Source of the DNA: a bacterium
Lineage (GTDB): Bacteria; Elusimicrobiota; Elusimicrobia; UBA1565; UBA9628
Assembly (NCBI GenBank): GCA_021822495.1
Contig: JAKAQO010000001.1
Span: forward strand, 264,808 to 328,807
Reading direction: 5' to 3'
Length of the DNA: 64,000 nt
Below, in pieces: positions 1-9,636 of the stretch. The notes below the pieces were generated by a model. That model saw nothing but the letters and a program-made list of their open reading frames with translations. It searched no databases and was not told the DNA's origin. Numbering within the stretch: position 1 is the first letter of the stretch; each line of letters starts with the position of its first letter. The translations under genes were made by a program, and so were the position numbers.

Positions 1-384
1 GCCTGCGTTAAAAATGACGCGACCGGAGTCGCCAAGATTCTCAACGCCATGCCCAAGGGCGCTGTCAATCATATTTACAATAATCTCGCCGGACATCACG
101 GGGCCGGAGTTATTTGGTGCGCGGTGGGATTTCAAAATACGGTCATGGTCAAAGTGATGCTTGAACACGGAGCGAAACTCGACGGTAAAAGCGCGACCGG
201 CTGGACCTTGGCCATGGAAGCGGCAGCGACGGGAAATGACGTCATCGTCGGCATGCTCCACGCTCACGGGGCTAATTTCTGCGCGAAAAACAAAGACGGC
301 CAAACCGCGGCGGACATGGCCAAATCCTACGGATTCCCCAAAATCGCCCAAGAAATCAATTCCTGGACAATATCCTGCCGGTAA
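1..384 (+). CDS. Ankyrin-repeat protein, 5' partial (the frame is open to the window start)
   Basis: Frame 1 is open from position 1. The translation shows tandem ankyrin-like repeats (…GATPLHAA-type 'GWTLAMEAAATGNDVIVGMLHAHGANFCAKNKDGQTAADMA'). A terminator hairpin follows. Confidence 0.6.
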   Translation, partial: ACVKNDATGVAKILNAMPKGAVNHIYNNLAGHHGAGVIWCAVGFQNTVMVKVMLEHGAKLDGKSATGWTLAMEAAATGNDVIVGMLHAHGANFCAKNKDGQTAADMAKSYGFPKIAQEINSWTISCR

Positions 385-389
385 AAGGT

Positions 390-415
390 AAAAGGGGACT
401 GTCCCCTTTTTTTCT
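390..415 (+). terminator. Rho-independent terminator formed by a palindromic element (AAAAGGGGACTGTCCCCTTTTTTT), copy 1 of the repeat family
   Basis: Perfect 6-bp stem GGGGAC/GTCCCC around a central T, followed by a T7 run, directly after the ankyrin stop codon. Confidence 0.6.
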
Positions 416-497
416 TTGTCTTTCTAGGCCTTTTTTCGCGTCCCATCTAGGTCTTTAGGCCCAGGTCTTGATTCCGGTTTCCTGTTAGTATATATCA

Positions 498-3167
498 ATG
501 ATAAAAAATTATCGCCGACGTCAAAAAGCGGGATTCTTTATCGGGGCTTGCTTCCTGTTGACTCCCTGGGCCCACGCGCAAATCCTTTCTTTAAAGGATA
601 CACAGGCGATTAAAGCCTGTCAAATAACCCTAAAAACCTTTAAGACGCTTTCTTTCTCCCGGCAAAAAGAGATTTTATCCGGAAATTGCGATCACCCAAC
701 GACGTTTTTGATGAGAAAAACCGCCAACAACAATCCCCCGCAAGAAAATGGTCTTGAGAAATCTTCCAACCATATTCACGACCTTCTGCAAAGAGCGAAG
801 ACAAGTTTTGGCGCTCATTCATCGGATGAAAACATCGCCGTTTCCGGCCTTTCGGGAAAAACAGAAAGACTCATTTCTCCGGTTGCGGTTCAAACCCATT
901 TTTCACAACTTTCCTCGGCCTCAACCCCTCTCAATCCAAACTCGCCCTCTTCACCCAACGCTCAACCTCCAGCGCAAAAGCCCGGTAAACCCGCAAAACC
1001 AGCCACAAAGCCTGCGGCTAAAAAACCCCGGTTTATTCCGATTCCCGGAAGCGATTGGGAAAAAGCGGCTAATGGGGACGTCAGCCCTGAAGACGATCCC
1101 GGCTACGAAAGCGAAATTACTTTTAATGATCAGCTGATGAACCAAGATAATCAAGTCGGAGATACCAGCAAAGCCTGCCGCAAGCTCGATCTGCATGGAG
1201 CCGGAGCCTATTGGATAGGAGATTTGGGAATATCAGGCTCCATCCATCGCGCGATACTCGCTCTCCCTTACGCCAATGGACGCCTCGCGGTCTTGGATTC
1301 TTATACGCCGGCGCCTGAATATCATTACGGCTTTGTTCCCACCAGTATCAGCGGAGCGCCGCTCACCTTGACCTTGGGCATGAATACCAGTCTCAACACG
1401 ACCGTCATTCGCCCGCTTCCGCTGAACCAGGCCAGCGCCTGCAACAGTCTCCTGCGCATCTTTAATCCGCTTGACGCTAAAACCGTTTTTCCTCTCAACG
1501 CTAAACGCATCGAGAAAATGGAAATCGGCGAAATCTGGAAGTTGCCGGTTCAAATTCAAATCGCGGCCGGCCCGGGCCTTACCCCGATTTTCGGCCCCGC
1601 CATCATCGGGCTTAACCTCCTCTACTCCCAAACGGGCGGCTATGGCCTCACCTTAAGACGCCTAGATAAAACCCATCTGCGGGTCCGGCTTAGATTTAAC
1701 CACGCCAAACTTTTGAGCGCTTCGGGACAAACCCTTTTCAGCATGGCCGGCCCCATGTTGTCGGTGATATTTTCGCAAGAAGTGCCCGTCGTGGGAGATT
1801 CTTTGGGCGGCAGAAACGTCGGGCAAGGGCTCAGCCAACTCTGGATTACGCAGCTCATCAATTACACGACCACCAAACTTGGAGTGTCCATCTCCTGGAG
1901 CGGAGAAAACCAGGCCTTGATTGAATTTATCCTCAACCCCGAAGATCACAAGCAAATGCTGGAGCTTCAAAAACTCGCGACCGGCGGCAGATTCGGAACT
2001 CTTTCAACGCTTATGAAAATGTATACGGACTCGGCGAAAAACTCATTTAAGCTGACGGAAAAATCCGTGATTAAAAACGCCCGTCAAAACAGCTTGCGCC
2101 TGAAAAGCCCGGTCAATTTCCTCGGAACCCAGGAATCGGTGGGCATCAGCCGCTCGGTTAATTTCACGATTCCGATTATCTTTAATTTTTCAGCCCAATC
2201 CTCTCATGATCATCAGCAAATGAAAATACTCGATCCCTCCGGAGGAGCTTTCAAGGTTAGCGGAACCTTCAAAGCCTTTGACGCCTCTCATGGAAATCAA
2301 CATGGAGAATTACAACTCCCTTATTTCGGCTCTCTCTTTGAACAAGACTCCCAGGAAGGAGTTTCGACTTTCCTCTATTACGACAAGAAAGGACGCGTGT
2401 CCTCGCCGGTCATTCTCTACACCCAAAACGCGGGACTGACCAGAAACAGCAAAGCCCCTTTGCGCTTAACCGAACTTGCCCGTTCTTTTTTCCCAAGCTA
2501 TGGGGATAAGAAATTGGCTCTTCCCTTGGGCGGCCTCATTCCCAAAGGAGAGAAGGACGCCTACAAAGGCGGTTCCTCGGCCATGACCGTCGTTTTGGAT
2601 CATAATGCGATCTCTGACATTAAGCGCGCATCCAAAGACCTCATCTTCAAATCCTATTTAAACGCCCAAAAAAATCGACGGGAGCTTTTATTAATCGCCT
2701 CCAGAGCCGTAAAGAGGCATACCACTCCCGAAGCCCTCATTGACAGAGAAATTCGCGGTCTCTATCCTCCCGGAAAGCCAAGCCCTGAGAAAACCCGCCT
2801 TATTTCGCATCTTCATGCCGAAAAAGATCAATTCGAGCAAATGAGAGATTTAGTCGCGGAATTGCCTTATTTGGGAAATCCTCACAAAAAACCGCATATC
2901 ACTCCTGATGAAGAAACGCAAAATATCCGCAATTTCATAACGGGAAAAAGCAAAAATGGTTTGGCTTATGGAAATTTGATGAAAGTCATCGTGCGCCTCA
3001 TTAAACCCAAGCACTTAGCCGTGGAATTTGTCTTAAGCGCCAAAAGAAAAGGCGGCAAAAGAGACCAGACGCGCCTCTATTTGAACCATAAACTCGTGGA
3101 AAACCCTCTCATCAAGAGATGGAGTTTGGCCGCCTCCCGGTATCTTGTCCTTCAAACCACCGATTAA
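498..3167 (+). CDS. Large secreted hypothetical protein (889 aa) with an N-terminal signal peptide and a Pro/Lys-rich linker
   Basis: Long ORF. N-terminus 'FFIGACFLLTPWAHAQ' is signal-like. PAKPATKPAAKKP low-complexity linker. No family recognised. Confidence 0.6.
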   Translation: MIKNYRRRQKAGFFIGACFLLTPWAHAQILSLKDTQAIKACQITLKTFKTLSFSRQKEILSGNCDHPTTFLMRKTANNNPPQENGLEKSSNHIHDLLQRAKTSFGAHSSDENIAVSGLSGKTERLISPVAVQTHFSQLSSASTPLNPNSPSSPNAQPPAQKPGKPAKPATKPAAKKPRFIPIPGSDWEKAANGDVSPEDDPGYESEITFNDQLMNQDNQVGDTSKACRKLDLHGAGAYWIGDLGISGSIHRAILALPYANGRLAVLDSYTPAPEYHYGFVPTSISGAPLTLTLGMNTSLNTTVIRPLPLNQASACNSLLRIFNPLDAKTVFPLNAKRIEKMEIGEIWKLPVQIQIAAGPGLTPIFGPAIIGLNLLYSQTGGYGLTLRRLDKTHLRVRLRFNHAKLLSASGQTLFSMAGPMLSVIFSQEVPVVGDSLGGRNVGQGLSQLWITQLINYTTTKLGVSISWSGENQALIEFILNPEDHKQMLELQKLATGGRFGTLSTLMKMYTDSAKNSFKLTEKSVIKNARQNSLRLKSPVNFLGTQESVGISRSVNFTIPIIFNFSAQSSHDHQQMKILDPSGGAFKVSGTFKAFDASHGNQHGELQLPYFGSLFEQDSQEGVSTFLYYDKKGRVSSPVILYTQNAGLTRNSKAPLRLTELARSFFPSYGDKKLALPLGGLIPKGEKDAYKGGSSAMTVVLDHNAISDIKRASKDLIFKSYLNAQKNRRELLLIASRAVKRHTTPEALIDREIRGLYPPGKPSPEKTRLISHLHAEKDQFEQMRDLVAELPYLGNPHKKPHITPDEETQNIRNFITGKSKNGLAYGNLMKVIVRLIKPKHLAVEFVLSAKRKGGKRDQTRLYLNHKLVENPLIKRWSLAASRYLVLQTTD

Positions 3168-3257
3168 AAATCGGACAAGCCAACGGCTGAGATGTTATAA
3201 TGGAATTGGGGCGCAATGATTCCCAACCCGGAACCTTGGCCCTAAAGGAGATTTCTC

Positions 3258-4412
3258 ATGATTCCCATTTTTGGCGTCGCCGCGGAATATAAAAAAATTC
3301 GCAAAGACTTAAGAAAAGCCGCTCTTGAGGTTCTCGATTCCGGACATTATATTCTCGGTCCACACACAAGCGCGTTTGAACAGGAGTTCGCTTCCCTTAT
3401 GGAAGCCAAGCACGCCATCAGCCTTTCTTCCGGAACTGACGCCCTGGAAGTCGCCTTAAGAGCTTTGGGAGTCGGCCCGGGAGATGAGGTGATTGTTCCG
3501 ACATTTACCTTTGTCGCGACCGCCGCCGCCGTTTCTATCGTTGGCGCAACGCCGGTTTTTTGCGATGTAGACGCAAAAACTTTAAATATCGGCGCGAAAG
3601 AAATAGAAGCCGTTCTCACCCACAAGACTAAAGCCATTATCCCGGTTCATCTTTACGGCTCTCCGGCCAACATGACGGAAATTATGGAGTTAGCCCATCG
3701 CCGCAACCTCTTTGTTGTCGAAGACTGCGCCCAGGCCCATTTGGCCCGCTGGCAGGGAAAACCCGTCGGATCTTTCGGCCACATCGCGGCTTTCAGCTTT
3801 TATCCCTCTAAAAATCTAGGGGCTTTGGGCGACGCCGGAGCGGTGACCACCAACGACTCCGCCCTAGCCAATATTTGTCTGGAAACAAGAAACGCCGGGC
3901 GCGGCCTCACGGGGCCCACCTACGAATACGCGCGAGTGGCCGGCAACAGCCGCATGGCGGAAATTCAGGCGGCTTTTTTGCGCGTCAAACTCAAAGGGCT
4001 TAAGGAAAGAACGGATCAAAGAATCGAAGTCGCTAAATTTTACGAGAAAAAATTCTCAAAGCTTCCGTTAATCTTGCCGCCCGTCGGGGACGGCATAACG
4101 CAACCCGTGTTTCACCTCTACGTTATCCGAACTGAAAAAAGAGACGAACTCGCGAGTCATCTTAAAGAAGCGGGGGTGTCCTGCGGGGTTTATTATCCCC
4201 TCCCGCTTCATAGACAAAAATGCTATCAACACCTTAATCTCAACCCGGCAGCGTTCCCAAACGCCGAGAAAGCCTCTCAAACAGTCTTAGCCCTTCCCAT
4301 GCACCCATTTCTTTCTAAAAAGGAAATGGCACAAGTGGCACAAGCCGTGACTTCTTTTTTCAAAGGCTCGCGCTCAAAGCTCAATCAAGAAAGTCTATCC
4401 GTCGCCTCATAA
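3258..4412 (+). CDS. DegT/DnrJ/EryC1/StrS-family PLP-dependent sugar aminotransferase
   Basis: Motifs 'SSGTDALEVAL', 'DEVIVPTFTFVAT', 'FSFYPSKNLGALGDAG'. AAGGAG RBS upstream of the ATG. Confidence 0.85.
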   Translation: MIPIFGVAAEYKKIRKDLRKAALEVLDSGHYILGPHTSAFEQEFASLMEAKHAISLSSGTDALEVALRALGVGPGDEVIVPTFTFVATAAAVSIVGATPVFCDVDAKTLNIGAKEIEAVLTHKTKAIIPVHLYGSPANMTEIMELAHRRNLFVVEDCAQAHLARWQGKPVGSFGHIAAFSFYPSKNLGALGDAGAVTTNDSALANICLETRNAGRGLTGPTYEYARVAGNSRMAEIQAAFLRVKLKGLKERTDQRIEVAKFYEKKFSKLPLILPPVGDGITQPVFHLYVIRTEKRDELASHLKEAGVSCGVYYPLPLHRQKCYQHLNLNPAAFPNAEKASQTVLALPMHPFLSKKEMAQVAQAVTSFFKGSRSKLNQESLSVAS

Positions 4413-4418
4413 CCAATA

Positions 4419-5516
4419 ATGCCCCGACGCCTTCTCTTGGTCTCAACTTCGACAACCCGGGGAGGCGCGGAAAAAATAATCTACACCCTGGCGACTTATC
4501 TCAACCGCGAAAAATTTGAAATCGCGGGACTTGTGAGCGTCAAATCTCTGGGAGCTTATGGACCTCTGCTTCAAAAAGAAAATATTCCTGTTCACAGCCT
4601 TGAAATGGAGCCCCTGAGGTTTTTTTCAGCCGCGGCTCATCTAAAAAAAATTATTAATGAAAAACGCCCTGACATCGTTTTGGCCTTTATGTATCAAGCT
4701 CTTGAGCTTTGTCGAATCGTAAAACTCATCTCCCCCGCGCCCTTCAAACTCATTTCTTCTCACCGCGTCAACCCGCGCACCCGTTCCTTTGCGACTTTGC
4801 TGATAGACCAAATGCTTAAGACTCAAGATGATCTCACCATCGCAGAATGCAGGGCTTCCGCCTCTTTTTTGATCGAGCATCAAGGATATCCGGCAAACAA
4901 GGTTCAAGTCATTCATAACGGAATCGCAATTCCCACATTTCAAGCAGAGAAATCCGCTTTGAGAAAAGAACTCGGCATCTCTGAGGGCTCCTTTTTAATT
5001 GGAACGGCCGGGCGCCTTCATAAGCAAAAAAATCACGCCGCTCTCGTTGACGCCGTCGCAATTCTCAAAGATAGAAAAAACCTCTCCTGCGTGATCCTCG
5101 GCGAAGGTCCGGAACGCTCGGCGCTGGAACGTCAAATTGAAAAACTCGATCTCAAAGACCGCGTCTTTTTATTGGGCGAAAAAGAAAACGCCGCCTCCTT
5201 TTTGCCAGCCCTAGACGCCTTTATTCTTTCTTCAGACTGGGAAGGATTTCCCTCCGTCATTTTAGAAGCGATGGCGTCAAAAACACCGGTCATTGCGACC
5301 AATGTAGACGGAATCTCTGAAATTATCGAGAATGAAATCAACGGCTTTCTCGTTGTTCCTAATGATGCCGAGGCTTTAGCCCGTAAAATCGCCGAACTCG
5401 CCGACGCTCCGGATGATTTAAGACATCGTCTCATCCAAAACGCTTATCAAACCACGCTCGAACAATTTCCTTTATCAAAAATGATAGCGGCCTATGAGAA
5501 AATTCTTTTAGAGTAG
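4419..5516 (+). CDS. Glycosyltransferase family 1 (GT4)
   Basis: C-terminal 'EGFPSVILEAMASKTPVIATNVDGISEII' GT4 signature. Adjacent to the DegT gene. Confidence 0.8.
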   Translation: MPRRLLLVSTSTTRGGAEKIIYTLATYLNREKFEIAGLVSVKSLGAYGPLLQKENIPVHSLEMEPLRFFSAAAHLKKIINEKRPDIVLAFMYQALELCRIVKLISPAPFKLISSHRVNPRTRSFATLLIDQMLKTQDDLTIAECRASASFLIEHQGYPANKVQVIHNGIAIPTFQAEKSALRKELGISEGSFLIGTAGRLHKQKNHAALVDAVAILKDRKNLSCVILGEGPERSALERQIEKLDLKDRVFLLGEKENAASFLPALDAFILSSDWEGFPSVILEAMASKTPVIATNVDGISEIIENEINGFLVVPNDAEALARKIAELADAPDDLRHRLIQNAYQTTLEQFPLSKMIAAYEKILLE

Positions 5517-5541
5517 GGCCGCTTTAGTTATAATAATCTTA

Positions 5542-7146
5542 ATGACCTCACAAACCGACTCTCCGCTGGAAGAGGGCCAAAAGCCCCGTCAAACGCCGCC
5601 TGCGGTCTTAAAGCTCAAGACCCTCATTCAAAAAGCGGAAGCGGGCGGAGGCCCCGAGCGCGTCCAGGCGCAAAAAGCCCGCGGAAAGTTCACAGCCAGA
5701 GAACGCATTCATTATTTGCTCGATGAGGGGAGTTTTCAGGAAACCGATCTTTTGGTCCGCACCCGGGCCGCTGATTTTGGCCTCAAGGACAAGGACATTC
5801 CCGCCGACGGCGTGATTACCGGATTTGGAACCATCGGCGGAAGAGAAGTGGCGGTTTATTCGCAGGATTTCACTGTTTTAGGGGGCTCTTTGGGGCTCGC
5901 CCATGCCGCCAAAATCGTCAAAATAATGGACATGGCAATGTCCAGCCGCGTGCCCGTTATCGGGATACTCGACTCCGGCGGCGCCCGCATTCAGGAAGGG
6001 GTTGATTCCCTGGACGGCTATGCCCAAATCTTTTACCGAAATACGATGGCCTCAGGCGTTATCCCTCAAATCTCGGTCATTCTCGGCCCTTGCGCCGGGG
6101 GCGCGGTCTATTCCCCGGCTTTGACTGATTTTGTTTTCATGGTTGAGGGAATCAGCCACATGTTTGTCACCGGGCCTGATGTCGTCAAAGCGGCGACGGG
6201 AGAAGAAATCTCTTTTGAGGCCTTGGGCGGAAGCTCCGTACACGCCGCCAAATCCGGGGTCTGCCATTTTGTCGCGAAATCAGAACCCGATTGCTTTAGG
6301 CAAGCTCGCGAGCTCTTGTCGTATCTTCCCCAAAACCGCTGGGAACGCCCGCCCCGCATTGCCAATCCTGACCCGGTTCGCAGAAAAACGCCGCTTTTGG
6401 AAACTCTCTGCAATCTTGACCCTAAAAAGCCCTACCGCGTTCATCACATTCTTTGGCAAATCGCTGATGAACATAAGTTTTTTGAGGTTCAAGAGTCCTA
6501 TGCCCGAAACGTCATCACCGGCTTTATTCGCCTAGGGGGAGACGTGGTCGGGGTCATTGCCAACAACCCCGGGCATTTCGCCGGGGCCTTGGACATCAAC
6601 GCCTCGGATAAATCCGCGCGCTTCATCCGTTTTCTCAATTCCTTTAATATTCCCATTCTCACTCTGGTCGACGTCCCCGGGTACTGGCCCGGCCTCGATC
6701 AAGAGCACGGCGGAATCATCCGGCACGGAGCGAAAATTCTCCACGCCTATAGCGAAGCGACCGTTCCAAAAATTTCGGTCATTCTTAGAAAAGCCTACGG
6801 CGGGGCCTATATCGCGATGAGTTCCAAATATCTCAAGAGCGATTTTAATTTCGCTTTCCCGTGCGCCGAGATCGCGGTCATGGGACCGCAGGGGGCGATT
6901 GAAATTCTCTTTTCGAAAGAACTCTCCGCCGCAAAAACCGAAGAAGAAAAAAAATCCCTGCGCGAAAAACTAATCAAGGATTATTCCGAAAAATTCGCCT
7001 CGCCCTACCCCGCCGCGGCGTCGGGCTCCATTGATGAAGTCATCGAACCCGCGGATTTGCGTCTTAAAATCATCCGCGCTTTAAGACTTCTCAAAAACAA
7101 ACGTCTACCAGGACAACACTTGATTTCACGAAACATCCCGCTTTAA
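5542..7146 (+). CDS. Acyl-CoA carboxylase carboxyltransferase subunit (propionyl-CoA carboxylase beta / methylmalonyl-CoA decarboxylase alpha family)
   Basis: Carboxyl-transferase domain over the full length ('GGARIQEG', 'GPCAGGAVYSPALTDF', 'ANNPGHFAGALD'), 534 aa. Confidence 0.8.
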   Translation: MTSQTDSPLEEGQKPRQTPPAVLKLKTLIQKAEAGGGPERVQAQKARGKFTARERIHYLLDEGSFQETDLLVRTRAADFGLKDKDIPADGVITGFGTIGGREVAVYSQDFTVLGGSLGLAHAAKIVKIMDMAMSSRVPVIGILDSGGARIQEGVDSLDGYAQIFYRNTMASGVIPQISVILGPCAGGAVYSPALTDFVFMVEGISHMFVTGPDVVKAATGEEISFEALGGSSVHAAKSGVCHFVAKSEPDCFRQARELLSYLPQNRWERPPRIANPDPVRRKTPLLETLCNLDPKKPYRVHHILWQIADEHKFFEVQESYARNVITGFIRLGGDVVGVIANNPGHFAGALDINASDKSARFIRFLNSFNIPILTLVDVPGYWPGLDQEHGGIIRHGAKILHAYSEATVPKISVILRKAYGGAYIAMSSKYLKSDFNFAFPCAEIAVMGPQGAIEILFSKELSAAKTEEEKKSLREKLIKDYSEKFASPYPAAASGSIDEVIEPADLRLKIIRALRLLKNKRLPGQHLISRNIPL

Positions 7147-7832
7147 TGGAACGCGCCCAAATACTCGTCGTCGAGGATACGCCGTCAACCGCAAGCCTCA
7201 TCTCCCATATCCTCAAGGAAAAAAACTTGGGCGTCAAACTGGTTTCTTCATTGAAAAGCGCGCGCAGCGAACTTTCAAGCGTCACCTTTGATCTCCTCAT
7301 TCTTGACCGCGGCTTGCCGGACGGAGACGGGCTTGATTTCGTCAAGGAACTCCGAACTTCAAAAAAAATGGAGACCATCCCTATTTTAATTCTGACGGCG
7401 CAAAATGAGCTTAACGAACGCGTTTTGGGTCTTAACGAAGGCGCCGACGATTATCTCGGGAAACCTTTCAATACCCAGGAACTGGGCGCACGCATTGACG
7501 CTCTTCTGAGGCGATGCGGATACAAGCCGGAATTGACGGAAGTCTCCCTGGAAGATATAAAGCTCAATCTTTCGGCGCGAAAGGCCACTCGCGCCGGAAA
7601 AGCCGTGCCTTTAAGCGAAAGAGAATTCGATCTTCTTTGGTTTCTCGCCGAGAGGAAAAATATCGCGCTCAGCCGAGAATTGATTCTCCAGCGCGTCTGG
7701 GGTTATTCCCCGGGGCTTGATATCAGCACCAAGGTCGTGGATGTGACGATTTCCCACTTAAAAGAAAAACTGGGAAAAGCGGCTGATAAAGTCATTCCCA
7801 TTCGAGGAATTGGATATCGTCTTGAGGATTAA
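7146..7832 (+). CDS. OmpR/PhoB-family response regulator (receiver plus winged-helix); no cognate kinase adjacent
   Basis: 'ILVVEDTP…LILDRGLPDGDG' receiver and C-terminal trans_reg_C ('RVWGY…IRGIGYRL'). The start codon overlaps the upstream stop (TAATG). Confidence 0.8.
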   Translation: MERAQILVVEDTPSTASLISHILKEKNLGVKLVSSLKSARSELSSVTFDLLILDRGLPDGDGLDFVKELRTSKKMETIPILILTAQNELNERVLGLNEGADDYLGKPFNTQELGARIDALLRRCGYKPELTEVSLEDIKLNLSARKATRAGKAVPLSEREFDLLWFLAERKNIALSRELILQRVWGYSPGLDISTKVVDVTISHLKEKLGKAADKVIPIRGIGYRLED

Positions 7833-7834
7833 AG

Positions 7835-8317
7835 TTATTCTCGCGGTATTTTGACTTTAAATTTTAAAGTCTGCCCCACCGCCAAATGATCTCTCTTGGC
7901 CGCCCCGGCGGGTAATTCCAGAACGTATTGGCCTTGACCGCCAACCCTGGCGACATCGGCATCAGTCGTCTTAGGTGTTGAGGCCGCGACGTTCGGATAC
8001 AAAGCGGTGATTTTCTTATCCCAACCGATATAGACCATATCCAAATTGACCCAGGTATTTTTCATCCAAAACTCGAAATACCCCTCTTTAGGGAAAACGA
8101 AAAGCATCCCGTAATCTTTAGGAAGCTTTTTCCTAAACATCAGCCCCTCTTCCCGTTCTTTCGGCGTATCGGCGATATCGGCCTTAATCTTGGCGCCCGA
8201 AGAGGACGCGATGACGACATGGTGAGAGGCATGAAATGTTTTCCCGGTCTTGGCCCAAACAGAGGCTTTTGCGCAACAGACTAAGCCCAAAATTATAAAA
8301 GTCTTTTTCAATCTCAA
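7835..8317 (-). CDS. DUF192-domain secreted protein (start trimmed to an in-frame TTG with an AGAGGA RBS; the longer ORF-track N-terminus looks spurious)
   Basis: 'GLMFRKKLPKDYGMLFVFPKEGYFEFWMKNTWVNLDMVYIGWD' matches DUF192. A signal-like 'KTFIILGLVCCAKASVWA' follows the proposed TTG. The longer ORF would overlap a well-supported + strand gene. Confidence 0.5.
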   Translation of the reverse strand: MRLKKTFIILGLVCCAKASVWAKTGKTFHASHHVVIASSSGAKIKADIADTPKEREEGLMFRKKLPKDYGMLFVFPKEGYFEFWMKNTWVNLDMVYIGWDKKITALYPNVAASTPKTTDADVARVGGQGQYVLELPAGAAKRDHLAVGQTLKFKVKIPRE

Positions 8318-8387
8318 ACTCGTTTTCCTCTTGAGATATATCTTATTAAACAAATTGGTATACTGACAAAAGACAAAGGGAGGGTTT

Positions 8388-8621
8388 ATGGTTACGGGAC
8401 TTGTTTTGGTCAGATTGATGGCGGGAAAAGAAAAATCGGCGCTCAGCCAAATCAAGGCGATCAAGGGCGTCGCGCATGTCACGGCCGTTTTCGGGAGATG
8501 GGATTTAGTCTTAGACGTTGAAACGGAAGATATCGTCACTTTATCAAATGTCGTCGTCCGCGGAATTCGCTCCACCCCCGGGGTTCTCTCAACGGAAAGT
8601 TTGGTCACAACCGCCATTTAG
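8388..8621 (+). CDS. Small stand-alone Lrp/AsnC ligand-binding (RAM) domain protein
   Basis: 77 aa. 'GVAHVTAVFGRWDLVLDVETEDIVTLSNVV…' resembles the AsnC C-terminal domain. Strong AAGGGAGGG RBS 6 nt upstream of the ATG. Confidence 0.5.
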   Translation: MVTGLVLVRLMAGKEKSALSQIKAIKGVAHVTAVFGRWDLVLDVETEDIVTLSNVVVRGIRSTPGVLSTESLVTTAI

Positions 8622-8631
8622 CCGAGGCTGG

Positions 8632-9636
8632 ATGCCCCCCATTCTTTCCATCTCCAATCTCAAGGTCCGCTTTTCAACCGATTCCGGCACGATTGGGGCC
8701 GTTGAAAACCTAAACTATTCTCTCAACGCGAATCAAACCCTGGCCATCGTCGGGGAATCCGGATCCGGGAAAAGCGTCCATGCGCTTTCCATTCTCCGGC
8801 TTCTGCCGCCCCCGCCCCAATGCCTAGTTGAGGGAGAAATTTTATTTCACGACAAAAATCTTTTAAATCTCCCGCTCAAGGAAATGCGCAAAATCCGGGG
8901 AGACCGCATCGCGATGATTTTCCAAGAACCGATGACTTCCTTAAACCCGGTTTTAACCATCGGAGAACAGATCGCCGAGCCCTTGATGATTCACAAGGGA
9001 AAAACGCGCTCAGACGCCCTCAATGAGGCGGCGCGGCTTTTAGACCGCGTGGGAATTCCCGACGCAAAAAGCCGTCTCAAGAATTATCCTCATCAATTTT
9101 CCGGCGGAATGCGCCAGCGCGCGATGATCGCGATGGCTTTAAGCTGCAACCCCGAAATTTTAATCGCTGATGAGCCAACCACCGCCTTGGATGTCACCAT
9201 TCAAGCTCAAATTCTCGAACTCATCAAGGAACTCCAAAAGGAGTTTCACATGGCGGTGATTCTAATCACCCACAACATCGGCATCGTCGCCGACATGGCG
9301 GATCAAATGATTGTGATGTATGCGGGGCGGGCTGTTGAAACGGCTCCCATGAATTCTCTTTTTAACCATCCTTCCCATCCCTACACCCAGGGACTTTTAA
9401 GCGCGATTCCGTCTCTTGATTCCAAAAAAAATCGCCTTGAGTCTATTCCTGGTCGCCCCCCGGATTTAAAAAATAAGCCCCAGGGATGTCCTTTTTCTCC
9501 GCGCTGCCCTAAGGTTCAAGCCCAATGCAGGGAAAACGACCCGCCCTTTTTTGACCTTGGAGATGCTCACAAAGCCAACTGCTGGCTCATGGAAGAGTTA
9601 GGGACAGTCCCCAATTCTCAAGGAGAAAAAGTATGA
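8632..9636 (+). CDS. oppD: Oligopeptide/dipeptide ABC transporter ATP-binding protein (OppD/DppD-like)
   Basis: Walker A 'GESGSGKS', signature '[12 protein letters not shown]', Walker B '[11 protein letters not shown]', C-terminal oligopeptide-type extension. Start trimmed to the internal ATG with a GAGG RBS. Confidence 0.8.
   Translation: MPPILSISNLKVRFSTDSGTIGAVENLNYSLNANQTLAIVGESGSGKSVHALSILRLLPPPPQCLVEGEILFHDKNLLNLPLKEMRKIRGDRIAMIFQEPMTSLNPVLTIGEQIAEPLMIHKGKTRSDALNEAARLLDRVGIPDAKSRLKNYPHQFSGGMRQRAMIAMALSCNPEILIADEPTTALDVTIQAQILELIKELQKEFHMAVILITHNIGIVADMADQMIVMYAGRAVETAPMNSLFNHPSHPYTQGLLSAIPSLDSKKNRLESIPGRPPDLKNKPQGCPFSPRCPKVQAQCRENDPPFFDLGDAHKANCWLMEELGTVPNSQGEKV

Noticed and set aside
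6052-6535. Numerous 60–140-aa antisense or alternate-frame ORFs nested inside large genes. Examples: 6052..6413; 11308..11619; 21775..21978; 25286..25643; 33752..34033; 48226..48543.
   Set aside because: They lie entirely within strongly supported CDSs and have low-complexity or biased composition with no motifs. These are typical spurious ORFs in intermediate-GC DNA.
8518-8631. Long N-terminal extensions in the ORF track. Examples: oppD from 8518; POT from 10610; hbd to 19369; receiver to 58751; kinase to 60003; FprA-like to 55232; FadD from 55153; binding protein from 49050; DUF192 to 8617.
   Set aside because: The extensions overlap well-supported neighbouring genes or run through the palindromic repeats. 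Internal ATG/TTG codons with good RBSs, and the known family N-termini, fit better. Coordinates were trimmed accordingly.
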